This document shows positions 27,186 through 39,686 of a stretch of 64,000 nt of DNA, in pieces. Each line of letters starts with the position of its first letter. Within the stretch, counting starts at the first letter, position 1. Under the pieces are notes generated by a model. The model made no database searches, was not told where the DNA came from, and was given only the letters and a program-made list of their open reading frames with translations. A program made the translations under genes and the position numbers. Source of the stretch: Octopus bimaculoides (taxonomy: Eukaryota); the NCBI RefSeq assembly GCF_001194135.2, contig NC_069001.1, positions 19,285,411 through 19,349,410 of the forward strand, read 5' to 3'.

Positions 27186-27374
27186 AAAATACAGAGAAAT
27201 AAGAACCATTTCATTTTCATTTTATCTAGTTTCAGCTCATGAGCTGTGGCCATGCTGGGGCACCGCCATTTGGAAAAGGAAAATAAAAGAAAACACCAAT
27301 TCACAGCAAAAGGATTTAAGTAAGACTGAGGAAGTAAGGAGAGGTAATACAAGCATCAATGAGTAGAACCAGGA

Positions 27375-27560
27375 GACTTGTTAGAGCATCAAAAAAAAAA
27401 TGCCTTGCAGCATTTATTCAAGCTCTTTACATTCTGAGTTCAAATCCTACCAAGTTCAATACTGCTTTCATCCATCTGAGGTTAATAACATAAAGTACCA
27501 GTTAAGCACTACAGTGAATTGATTTCACTAACTCCATCTCTCAAAATTGCTGGAAGCCAT
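27375..27560 (+). mobile_element. tRNA-derived SINE
   Basis: TTCTGAGTTCAAATCC, core CTTTCATCCATCTGAGGTTAATAACATAAAGTACCAG. Confidence 0.7.
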
Positions 27561-28082
27561 CATTAAATGTCTATGGAACAAAGTATAACTGTGTGGTTCT
27601 GGATTAAATTTCCCTTTGTATTGCCTTTGCTGTCTCCTGCCATAGTATCAGATTGACCAATTTTTATGAATGGTATTTAGAAACAGTACAGAAATCTACT
27701 TCATATATTTATACATGTGTATGTGTGTCTGTTTACTTTGTATGTTCCTTTTGATGATGGATATAGACATTAGCAAAAAAAAAAAAATCAAAACCTGTGC
27801 TTTTCAAAGTCCCTTGTAATATTTGTTCTGCACCAAGTTTCCCACATAACTTTACCAGATGATTAGATGGTACCCATTCTTACTGATAACTATATAAACT
27901 GAGGTACAGTAGAATATATTGTGCCACTACACCAGAGATGCTCTGATGAGAGATATCTCCTGAAATATAGCACCAGTCTGTCACACAACATTTTCTGGTG
28001 ATATGGTATTTATTCTTCTAACAGCTTCTGACAACTGAAATAATGTTCAATAAAATGTTCTGTCCAGAAATACAATAAAAAT

Positions 28083-28150
28083 CCCTGTGATGGACTTGAA
28101 CTCAAAACAACGAGTTGATAGTGCTTTATTACTTTATCCACTCATGGCTA
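28083..28150 (-). mobile_element. tRNA-like SINE head (A/B boxes)
   Basis: Minus strand TAGCCATGAGTGGATAAAG...GAGTTCAAGTCC; no complete cloverleaf. Confidence 0.4.
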
Positions 28151-28984
28151 CTCAATAAAACCAGGGAATCACTTTGGACATTGTAATATTAAATAACTGA
28201 CAAAATCTGGTACCAGTTCTCCTCATCTAGCTGGAGTGATTCATATAGAGCTCTTCCGGAAACAATAAGAAATACAAGTCATACATTTGAACTCACAACC
28301 AGACATATCATACTTACCCACACGGAAACCATTATCTAGTTTCTGTTGAGCAGCCACTTTCTTTGCTACAAACAGTAAATGTCCAAGAAGCTACAAAGTA
28401 AAAATGACAATATAAAGAACAACATAAGAGTTCAATTTGATTAGTTTCAAGATGTTGCAATTGTTTTTTTAGCTTCTGATCAACCAGATAGAACAGGCTA
28501 ACTATGATTTCAATTTTTATGTGTCTCAGATTTTAGAACAGATAAGAAGAATAATTAAGGTACATTTTTAAAGTCCTTTTGTTAACAGGTAATCTCAAAC
28601 TGTTTTACATTGCTGTCTTTCCTCTGAATCTTAATAACAATCACTTAGTAGCAGTAGTAGTGTCATTAGTATTAAACAGCTGTTTTTCTCATCTAGAGTT
28701 TAATAATGGCAATCACCATCTTTGTAGACTAATCATATTTTCATTAATATTAATTAGCTGATTAATTCTTGGTAGTTCTCATATAGCATCTAATAGTTTT
28801 CACTAAGTTTACAACTCTGTTTTCAACACATCAAGAATCATTCAATGGACATGCATATTTGCCACCACATCCTGGCAATTCATAGCCATCCTTTCCTTCT
28901 ATGTACAGGTATGATATATTTGGTGCATGAGCATATATGTCTATGTGCATGTGTGAAAGGTATATACTTTCACAATTAAGTGTA

Positions 28985-29145
28985 TGAGGGGATACTAGAA
29001 AGAAACCGAAATGTTGCAATATTATTTTATTCACTTAGTTTTACATGTTTACATTTTTATCACATTCAAAGTATTCTCCATCAGTAGCAATGCATCAGTT
29101 CAGATGCATTTTCAAGTGATCAAAGCAGTCGTAGAACTCTTAGAG
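28985..29145 (-). mobile_element. Mariner end fragment (family of 48672 copy)
   Basis: Aligns with 48672-48830. Confidence 0.7.
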
Positions 29146-29199
29146 CTAGGACACAAAAGCACAAAAAAAATATGGGGAAAGAAGAATATGGAAGCTTAA

Positions 29200-30010
29200 A
29201 GACAGAAGAGTAGATGGATGGCTGGTGAAAGTTATTCAAGTCATATACAAGGATGCTGTCAGAAAGGTGAGAGTTAACAATGAATTTAGTGAGCAGGTAG
29301 GAGTTCACCAAAGTTCAATCCCCTCTGATTCAACATAGTCCTGCGGGCCATAACAGAGGAATCTAAGATCAGTTGCCCAAGAGAACTCCTCTATGTTGAT
29401 GACCTTGTTCTTATAAGAGAATTAGAAAAGAAATTCCAGGTGTGGAAGCAAAACCTGGAATTAAATGGCCATAAAGTTAACTTGGTAAAGACCAAAGTTT
29501 CAGTAAGCAGGAAAACAGACAGGATGTTAATCACTATTTGATAAGTAGAAAAGTTGTACATAGAAATTTCATACAGTGTACCCAGTGCAAAATATGGGCA
29601 CATAAAAGGTGCAGTGGAATCAAAGTTAACAGGGAAAATAGAATTTGTTTTTGGTAGATGTGTCAATGCAATAAACACTAACGGCACATAGGAAATAGAT
29701 TTTCTGCAATACCAAAGAGCATCTTTAGCCGTAGTAGGTAGTTTGTTACCTAGGAAACCTAATTAATAGAATCGGAGGATGCTCTGAAAATATAGGTACC
29801 AGAATAAAATGAAGGAATTTCAGAGTGTTCTGTTCATAACCAAAGGCCTCTCTCACTCTCAGAGTGAAACAGAGATGGTATGATGATTGTATATGAACAA
29901 CATTGCCTACATGGTTATGAAACATGGGCTATGAATGCAGAGACAAGTGAAAACATGATAGAAATGAAGCTAACATGCTCCTTTGGATGTGTAACATTAA
30001 TACGCATGTA
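29200..30010 (+). mobile_element. Decayed RTE LINE RT fragment
   Basis: VGVHQSS, RELLYVDDL, KVWKQNLE..LKVNLVKTKV. Confidence 0.8.
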
Positions 30011-30399
30011 CAACAAAGTAAAAATATGTTAAAAGAAAATGTACATATATATATATATATATATATATGTNNNNNNNNNNNNNNNNNNNNNNNNNNNNNN
30101 NNNNNNNNNNNNNNNNNNNNNNNNNNNNNNNNNNNNNNNNNNNNNNNNNNNNNNNNNNNNNNNNNNNNNNNNNNNNNNNNNNNNNNNNNNNNNNNNNNNN
30201 NNNNNNNNNNNNNNNNNNNNNNNNNNNNNNNNNNNNNNNNNNNNNNNNNNNNNNNNNNNNNNNNNNNNNNNNNNNNNNNNNNNNNNNNNNNNNNGGTTTT
30301 TTTCAATTGCATGAACTAAAAGTTGGATTGGGACAGGATAAACTACTTGCATCAACCCTAACCCTAACCCTGCTATAACAGCAGGTAATAATTTCATCT

Positions 30400-31050
30400 T
30401 GTCCTTATTCTTAGTGCAAGTTTTGAAGAGAGCAGTTCGATTTTAACAGTTATTTTTTCAAAGCTATAATGGAAGTGACAAAGGAGCATATTTGGCATAT
30501 TTTGCTTTATAAGTTCAATAAAGGTAACAATTCAACAGAAAGTGCAAGGAATATTAATGCAGTATATGGGGATCAGACAATAAGTGTAAGCCAGTGTCAA
30601 CGGTGATTCCAGAAATTCCGAACCAGAAACTACAGCCTAGAAGATGAGCCTCATCCTAGAAGATCTGTAGAGCTTGATGAGGACATTCTGCAAACCTTGG
30701 TGGAACAGAATCCCATTGCAACTGTTGAGGAACTAGCAGAGAAGCTTGGATTTGCTCATGCAACCAGTCATTCAGCGAGGATGATATTCCAAGGGTTGAA
30801 GCAGTTTGAATGGGAAACGATGCTCCACCCACCATATTCGCCGGACATTGCCCCATCTGATTATCATTTATTCTGCAGTCTTCAAAATTATTTGGACGGA
30901 AAAAATATGAACACTGTAGACGAGGTCAGAACAGTACTGGAGGAGTATTTTTCGTCATGGAAAAATGAATTTTGGAAGAGGGGCCTTGCAAATCTACCAG
31001 ATAGATGGAAGAGCATCGTAGAAAATGAAGGCGAGTATATTTGCATTATT
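30400..31050 (+). mobile_element. Internally deleted mariner transposase
   Basis: The N-terminal HTH (MEVTKEHIWHILLY, ATG at 30469) is joined directly to the C-terminus HPPYSPDIAPSDYHLF. Confidence 0.9.
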
Positions 31051-31075
31051 TATGAGATAACCCAATAGATATATA

Positions 31076-33290
31076 TCATCATCATCATCGTTTAACGTCC
31101 ATTTTCCATGCTGGCATGGGTTGGACAGTTTGTCTGAGGTCTGGAGAGACAGCAGCTGCACCAGGCTCCAATCTGATCTGGCAATGTTTCTACAGCTAGA
31201 TGCCTTTCCAAATGTCAACTACTCCAAGAGTGTAATGGGTGCATTTTACATGCCACTGGCACAGGAGCCAGTCAGGTGGCCCTGGAATCGATCCTGTTTG
31301 GATAGTACTTTTTACACGACGCCGGCACAGAAGCCGGTCAGGGGGTACTGGCATCGGCCACATTCAAATGGTGCTTTTTACATACCCCTGGCTCAGGAGC
31401 CAGTCAGGGGGCACTGGCCACAGCTACAATTTTGGTTTTACTTGACTCAATGGGTCTTCTTGAAAAAATCATATCGCCTGATGCTTCAAAGGTACTCTTA
31501 AATGGGCCAGACATGCAACACTGGCATCAGCCATGGCTGCAATCTCACTTTATTCGCCAGATCTTCTCAATTACAACATATCTCCAAAGGTCTCAGTCAC
31601 CTGTCATTGCCTCTGTGAGATCCAATGTTCGAAGGTCATTCTTCACCGCCTCATCCCATGTCTTCCTGGGTCTACCTCTTCCACATGTTCCTTCCACAGT
31701 TAGAGTGTGACACTTCCTCACACAACTGTCTTCATCCATACATGACACATGACCATACCAGTGCAGTCGTCTCTGTTGCACACCACATTTGATGCTTCTT
31801 ATACCCAACTTTTCTCTCAGGGTGCTCACACTACCGTGTATGCACACTGACATTACACATCCAGTGGATCATACCAGCTTCATTTCTTTCAAGCCTATGC
31901 ATGTCCTCAGTAGTCATGGCCCATGGCAGTTCACACACATGCATCATACAGTCTATCTTTCATCCTGAGCAAGAGGCCCTTAGTTGCCAGCAGAGGTAAG
32001 AGCTCTCTGAACTTTGCCCAGGCTATTCTTATTCTAGCCAATACACTCTCAGAGCCACCACCCCCAACTACAGATTTGGTCACCTAGGTGGTGGAAGCTA
32101 CCAACTACTTCTAGTCTTTCCCCCTGACATGTGATGGAATCTGTTTTCTGTACATCTTCAGTGATTATTGCCCCTGTGCATCGACCACATACAAAAACTA
32201 TCTTCTCAGTTAACCTTCCTTTGATATCGCTGCACCTTTCATGTATCCATAGCTTACACCAGGTACATCATATGGGGTCTTTACCCATGCCTTTTCTACA
32301 GATCAAGCAGAACCATCTACCTGAAGGGGTTTGTGATTTGTTAGCCTTCCTACTTACGAAGACTTTGGTTTTTGCTAGGTTCACTCTATAACCCTTCAAT
32401 TCTATACCTTGCTTCCACACCCTAAACATCGTCTCTAGTTCTGGCAGTGACTCAGCTATTAGAGCAAGGTCATCAGCATAGAGGAGCTCCCAGGGGCATC
32501 CTGTCTTGAACTCCTCTGTGATTGCCTGGAGGACTATGATGAATTAGAGGGGCTGAAGACTGATCCTTGGTGAACCCCTACTTCTACCCAGAATTCTTCA
32601 GTATACTCATTGCTAACCCTCACCTTACTGACAACATCTATGTAAAGGGCTTGTACAGCACTTACCAACCACTCGTCTATCCCTAGTTTCTGCATTGACC
32701 ACCAGATAAGGGATAGGGGGACCCTGTCAAAGGCTTTCTCCAAGTCAACAAAAGCCAAGTACAGAGGTTTATCTTTGGCTAGGTATTTCTTCTGCAGTTG
32801 CCTTACCAGAAATATAGCATCAGTGGTGCTCCTGCCTGGCACTAAACCGAACTGCATCTAATCTAGGCTCTCTCTCTCTTCCTAATTAGTTACGCTATGA
32901 CGCTCTCTGTAACTTTCATTACCTCATCCAATTATTTGATACCCCTGTAGTTATTTCTATCTAAAGCATCACCTTTACCTTTGTAGCAGTTGACTAGGAT
33001 GCTGCTACACCAGTCATAGGGTATGACTCCTTTGTGAACTACCTGATTTATGATGCGGGTGACAAGACCACAACCCACACCGCCCGATATTTTATGCATC
33101 TCAGCGGTGATTCCTAATGTGCCAAGTGCTTTCCTTGTCTTCATATCCTTAATTGCTTTATCTACCAGGGTACTGTCGATTCTGGTAGCTGGTCCCTCGA
33201 TTGGGTCAAACTTTGGCAGACTCTCGTCCTTTCATTCATTCTCCACATTCAGCAGTCTTTCATAATGGTATCTCCAAGCCTCTTCAGATT
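31076..33290 (-). mobile_element. 5'-truncated RTE LINE
   Basis: NYRGIK, QFGLVPGRSTTDAIF, AFVDLEKAFDRVP, GVHQGS, LLYADD; (ATG)n tail. Confidence 0.93.
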
Positions 33291-33728
33291 GATTATCCTC
33301 TCCATTTTCTTATTTGCCTTACATATTCTGAGTAAATTTCTGGTTTACCCCCACTAATTCCTAATATTCAATTGCGATACTGCCTTGCAGTAGTAAACAC
33401 TTGGATATAAATACGTAGGTATACATCCAGTACTATATTGGATATTTATTATGCCTTAGATGGTTGCTTAACCTCTAATACATACAGACATATATATATA
33501 TGTATATATATATATATATNNNNNNNNNNNNNNNNNNNNNNNNNNNNNNNNNNNNNNNNNNNNNNNNNNNNNNNNNNNNNNNNNNNNNNNNNNNNNNNNN
33601 NNNNNNNNNNNNNNNNNNNNNNNNNNNNNNNNNNNNNNNNNNNNNNNNNNNNNNNNNNNNNNNNNNNNNNNNNNNNNNNNNNNNNNNNNNNNNNNNNNNN
33701 NATATAAGTATTTATGTATTTATATATC

Positions 33729-34115
33729 AAATAGAAATAATACATTTCTAAATCTCTCAGAGAGATTTATGCAGTAGTGATGCGATAAAATAGTTGTATG
33801 CTGTCAACTTAATGTGACAGTCCCATGACGGGAATAATACTACTGTTGGTTAGACCTAGGAAACAGCACCGCTTCCTGTCAGCCTTGACACATTTCCTGT
33901 GTCCTTATGTTTACAAGGGGGAGACAAACACCTCCACCCAGCTAAGCCTGCATCCAGAGACATGTTTCTGAGTCTTTGCTCGTCATCAGTCTGGAGTAGC
34001 AATAGCTTGCTAGTTGGAGATGCCTGTCAAGCTCTTGTAAACATATAATAATTCTAGTGAAACACTTTCACTGATTTCAAAAATAGAAATAATGCATTTC
34101 TAAATCTCTCAGAGA
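33729..34115 (-). mobile_element. 352-bp hammerhead-bearing non-coding unit with 35-bp terminal direct repeat (retrozyme/Penelope pLTR-like)
   Basis: Direct repeats 33729-33763 and 34081-34115; internal hammerhead core; (TA)-rich flanks. Confidence 0.7.
33953..33995 (-). ncRNA. Minimal type-I hammerhead ribozyme (CpG-decayed)
   Basis: Minus strand: UCCAGA CUGAUGA CGAG-CAAAGA-CUCA GAAA CAUG UC UCUGGA. Perfect 6-bp stem I, palindromic stem III ACAUGU, GUC cleavage triplet. Confidence 0.75.
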
Positions 34116-34619
34116 TACATATATAGATGCTCAGATAAGAAGTTTTTCTCTTTTCAACCTCGTTCATACTCTTCTATTTACGCGCAGATCATAAACCCCT
34201 TATTTAGTTCTTTTCACTATTCTGTCTATTTCATTACCATGTCATCACATTCATTCATTCATTCATTCATTCAAGTTTATCACACAGTCACTTATTCCTC
34301 TAATTCTGTCTTAGATTAGCTGATCGAAAACTCTCAGATTTTTCAATTCTATTTTACTATTATCAACATTTGCTGTCTCGTTAAACTATGCTACACAAAT
34401 CCCAAAAGAATATCTTTCTCCCTCGTGTCCTGACCACTAACCCCTCTCTCTCTCTTTCTCTGCCTTACTCTGTTCGCAGTACGCCACCCTACCACCCTCT
34501 CCTATCCTTTCCCATCCTTTGGTTGTCTCCCATGAACACTTCTAAAGGCTTTACACCACCCCCACCCCTACTTAGGGATTATCTCCTATGTAAGGTAGTG
34601 ATCATATAGTGCAAAAATA

Positions 34620-37502
34620 TGATAGTGTAGTGTATGCAGGTTGAATTGAAGGCTATTGTTTCTTAATGAATTCTGTCAAATGCGAGCTTTCTTTTCAGGT
34701 ACATGACACTGCTGTCTCCCGCCCCAGGGTCTCACGGGCCCATACCTCCCACACCCTCAGGGTTGGCACTCTCAACGTCGGCACACTGGAAGGTAGGTCT
34801 AGTGAGATTGTTGAGATGCTTGAACGGAGATGTATCGATATCTACTGCCTCCAAGAAGTAAGGTGGAGAGGAGGTTACACTAGGTTCCTCACAGGCAAAG
34901 AACACAGGTACAAGATTTTCTGGGCAGGGAACATAGACAGGGTCGGGGGTGTGGATATACTTCTTGTGGAGAAATGGGGGGATAAGGTAATCGAGGTAGT
35001 CAGAGTATGCGATAGAATACTTAAGATTAGATTACTGCTCCATCATGGGTTAGCAACCATTATCTCAGCCTATGACCCTCAGCCAGGGCTACCCGATGGA
35101 CAGAAAGACCGATTTATGACACCCTCTTGCAGACTATCTCATTGACGAATGACAGGGTCCTTCTCTTTGTGGCTGGTGACTTCAATGGACATGTTGGACA
35201 ACATACAGGGGGCTTCCATGGCGTAATGGAGGCTATGGTTTCGGTTCCTGCAATGAGGAGGAAACCAGGCTGCTGGATGCAAATGATCTTATGGTTTGCA
35301 ATACTAACTTTAGGTAACCTGCCAGTCACCTAGTCACCTACCGTTCTGGCAGACACACTAGCCAAATTCACTACATCCTCGCCAGAAAAAGGGAAATATG
35401 GCTGCTTATAAATGCCAAAATGTTCCCAGGCAAAGAATGTACCCCACAACATAGACTGGTAGTTAGTGACTTCAGGATCAGGGCTAAGTGGTTGCCCAGT
35501 AGATGACCAGCTTGGAGGAGAAGGGTCTGGAAGCTTAAAGATCCTGCAAATGGACAGAGATTTAGCGACATATTACTCGAAGCCTTTGACAAAATAGAAG
35601 GGGATATAGCTTCACACAACGTAAATGACAACTGGAGGTTTCTACGAGACAACTGGAGGTTTCTACGAGACAACCTGCTGAGAGCTACTGACCAGATCTG
35701 TGGATGGTGCAAAGTTCCCTCTCAACCCAAGATAACGTGGTGGTGGAACAATGTTGTTGACAGGTCTATTAGACAAAACAAACAGTCTTAGAAGGACTGG
35801 AAGGATGGTGGTAGCAGGGAATTGTATCAGACTGCCAGAAGGGAAGTTAGGAGACAGGTTTATTTAGCCAGAGGGGAAGCAGATAAGAAAAAATTTGCCA
35901 ATGTTCTGCACCATCAGGACCAAAGACTTGAGGTATTTCGTGTTGCAAGACACTGTGTGAGAGAGTATTGTGATGTCGAAGGAGAGAAATGTATCCGCAT
36001 GGATGATAGTTCACTTGCACTAAACAAGGCTGCAAAGAGAGAGGTTTTGAGATACCACTATGAAAGGTTGCTCAATAAAGAAAATGAATGGGAGAGAGAG
36101 AATCTACCGAATGTTGACCCAACAGAGGGACCAGCTATCCAAGTTGACAGTACCTTAGTAGATAAAGCAATTAAGAGTATGAAGACAGAGAAAGCCCCCG
36201 GCCCATCAGGAATCACTGCAGAGATACTCAAAATATCTGGCAGTGTCGGCTATAGCTTAGTCACCCATATAGTTAACCAGGTGATACACGAAGGAGTCAT
36301 ACCCAATGACTGGTGTAGCAGCACCATAGTCAACTGCTACAAAGGTAAAGGTGACACTTTAGATACAAATAATTACAGAGGTATCAAGTTGTTGGATCAG
36401 GTAATGAAAGTTACAGAGAGGGTCATAGCCCAACTAATTAGGGAGAGGATCAGTTTAGATGACATGCAGTTTGGGTTGATGCCAGGGAAAAGCACTGCTG
36501 ATGCTATATTTCTGGTAAGACAGCTGCAGGAGAAATACCTAGCCAAAGATAAACACTGTACCTGGCTTTCGATGACATGGAGAAAGCCTTTGACAGGGTC
36601 CCCCGATCCCTTATCTGGTGGTCAATAAGGAAACTAGGGATAGATCAATGGTTAGCGAGAGCTGTGCGAGCCAAGTACAGTGAAGAATTCCGGGTAGTGG
36701 TAGGGGTCCACCAAAGTTCAGTCCTCAGCCCCCTTTTATTTATCATAGTCCTCCAGGCAATAACAAAGGAATTCAAGACAGGATGCCCCTGGGAGTTCCT
36801 CTATGCTGATGACCTTGCTCTAATTGCTGAGTCACTATCAGAACTACAGGAAAAGTTTTAGGTGTGAAAGCAAGGATTAGAATCGAACGGCCTTAGAATG
36901 AACCTAGCTAAACCCAAAGTCCTAATACGTTAGAAGGTAGACAAACCACAAACCCCTTCAGGTAGATGGCCCTGCTCAATCTGTAGAAAAGGTGTAGGTA
37001 GAAACTCCATAAGATCTACCCAGTGTAAGCTATGGACACATAAGAGGTGCAGCAATATCAAAGGAAGGCTAACTAGGAAGATAGTTTTTGTATGTGTCAG
37101 ATTCTCAGGAGCAATAAACACTGAAAATGTGCAGAGAACAACTTCTGCCACATTCCAGTGAGAAAAACTAGACATAGTTGATAACTTCCATTACCTAGGT
37201 GACCAAGGAGGGTGCGCTGAAAGTGTAGCTGCTAGAATAAGAATAGCCTGAGCAAGGTTCAGAGAGCTCTTACCTCTGCTGGTGACAAAGGGCCTCTCAC
37301 TCAGAGTAAAAGGCAGACTGTATGACACATGTGTACGAACAGCCATGCTACATGGCAGTGAAACATTGGCTGTGACTATTGAGGACATGCATAAGCTCGC
37401 AAGGAATGAAGCCAGTATGCTTCGATGGATGTGTAATGTCAGTGTGCAAACTCGACAAAGTGTAAGTACCTTGAGAAAAAAGTTAGACCTAAGAAGCATC
37501 AG
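34620..37502 (+). mobile_element. Near-full-length RTE LINE (APE + RT), pseudogenised, runs into a gap
   Basis: VGTLNVGTL..CLQEVRW, AGDFNGHVG, KAPGPSGI, NYRGIKLL, FLYADDL. Confidence 0.95.
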
Positions 37503-37970
37503 NNNNNNNNNNNNNNNNNNNNNNNNNNNNNNNNNNNNNNNNNNNNNNNNNNNNNNNNNNNNNNNNNNNNNNNNNNNNNNNNNNNNNNNNNNNNNNNNNN
37601 NNNNNNNNNNNNNNNNNNNNNNNNNNNNNNNNNNNNNNNNNNNNNNNNNNNNNNNNNNNNNNNNNNNNNNNNNNNNNNNNNNNNNNNNNNNNNNNNNNNN
37701 NNNNNNNNNNNNNNNNNNNNNNNNNNNNNNNNNNNNNNNNNNNNNNNNNNNNNNNNNNNNNNNNNNNNNNNNNNNNNNNNNNNNNNNNNNNNNNNNNNNN
37801 NNNNNNNNNNNNNNNNNNNNNNNNNNNNNNNNNNNNNNNNNNNNNNNNNNNNNNNNNNNNNNNNNNNNNNNNNNNNNNNNNNNNNNNNNNNNNNNNNNNN
37901 NNNNNNNNNNNNNNNNNNNNNNNNNNNNNNNNNNNNNNNNNNGGAATTTGAAATTTGAAATCTGAAATCG

Positions 37971-38455
37971 GGCGATCTTTCGATACTAGTACGCCATAAC
38001 TTCCGGTCGTTGTGCGCACGCATACTGATTACATTATCATATAGTGCGTTTGTTTTTAAATGACTTGAAAATATGAAAAGACAACATTAAATAGAAAAAA
38101 AATGAATGGCCCACTAAACTCAAACCTTCTCCCCCTCAGATGCATACAGTTCTCAAACTTTAAACACATAAATACACTATACGATCATGTAACCAGTATA
38201 GGGAGGAGATACGCCACTATGGAGGTGCGCTTCACAACGGAGGAGGAAGCAATAAAGCACTCCACCGAAGCAATAAGGACAGAGGAATGGGTGCTCTTGC
38301 CTTCGTACTGCGGAAAACGTGTGGCCAAGGTGCGAGCGAGTAAGGTGCCATCCGAACTGAAACTTTAAACACATAAACACACTATACGATCATGAAATCA
38401 GTATGCGTGTGCGCAATGACCAGAAGTTATGGCGGACTAGTACCGAAAGATCGCC
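37971..38455. mobile_element. MITE-like element with ~90-bp TIRs carrying a captured coding fragment
   Basis: 37971-38060 is the reverse complement of 38362-38455 (GGCGATCTTTCG..CATACTGATT). Confidence 0.7.
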
Positions 38456-38575
38456 ATGACCTATTAAAGGACTGGAGAATACTACAAATTATTAATGGGA
38501 GGGTGCAGTTAGGAGGTGGGGGTCAGGGTGTTAAAGGAAGAAGTTATCCAGAAGCTCTGTGTAAATAACATGTTA

Positions 38576-39686
38576 CGGTAATCTTCAAGTTTAGGGGGGT
38601 AAAAAAAGTAAATAAAAATATTAAAGGGAAATAACTGAATGACTTACCATTATTATCCGTTTTCTTTTAGCTGTTTATAAATAAATCATACACGTGCATT
38701 TTTTTTTTTTTTTTTCTAAAACAGCATGCGACGGAATTTTTTCTTATAAAAATTTAAAATGTTTTTTTCTTTTTACAAAACGGAAACAAAATGTTTTGCA
38801 GAAGTACCCGACGGAACGGAGTCAAAAACAACAGGCAGAAAAGAATCTAAAACAGCATACGACGGAATTTTTTGGACCTTTGTGATTTGACGGGCAACAT
38901 TTTTTTTATGTAGTGTTTTTGGTACCGAAACACTTTCAAACTTCGTATACTTGTATATTTTGTGGTATAGAACAGATAATAAATTTTGTATTCGAAGTTA
39001 TTTCACGTTAAAAATTGTCTTATTTCGATANNNNNNNNNNNNNNNNNNNNNNNNNNNNNNNNNNNNNNNNNNNNNNNNNNNNNNNNNNNNNNNNNNNNNN
39101 NNNNNNNNNNNNNNNNNNNNNNNNNNNNNNNNNNNNNNNNNNNNNNNNNNNNNNNNNNATCTCAATGAAATCGTGTTCATTAAAAATAGATATTTATTAA
39201 TGAAATTTTCTACAGTTATGCTCCAGATGTTTGAAATTATTGCACTGTAGAAAATTTCATTAAAATATATCTATTTTCAATGAACACGACTACGCCGAGT
39301 GAGGGTCACCATGCAGTTCTAGAAATTCACCTACTCAACATTATACACTTCAGCAATGGCAGCCAAAAAATAAACAAATGTTTTTTCTTTTGGGATTGAA
39401 TTCCGCCATAGAAATTCATATAGATAAGATGAGATTGAGGATTTCGTTTTCAGCAACAATAAGATGTTGTGCAGCCAGTCTTCCACGAGGCATTTTCGAT
39501 TTCTCATAAGAAACTATGATATTCAATCACGTGTGTGATTTATATATAAACAGTTAACATCAATCAAATCACGTGTGTGATTTATTTATAAACGGAGTAG
39601 TACGGAGAATACTGGTAAGACGTTCAGTTACTTCCCTTGCATATTTTTATTTATTTTTTTTACCCCACTAAACTTGAAGATTACCA
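38576..39686. mobile_element. Non-autonomous TIR element (~125-bp TIRs, probable TA target)
   Basis: 38576-38697 is the reverse complement of 39559-39686; left end TA|CGGTAATC; internal GACGGAA repeats. Confidence 0.75.

Noticed and set aside
28083-28150. Possible tRNA gene
   Set aside because: A/B boxes are present but there is no acceptor or anticodon stem; treated as a SINE head
30354-30371. (CCCTAA)3 telomere-like repeat
   Set aside because: Only three units; too short to indicate an interstitial telomere or fusion
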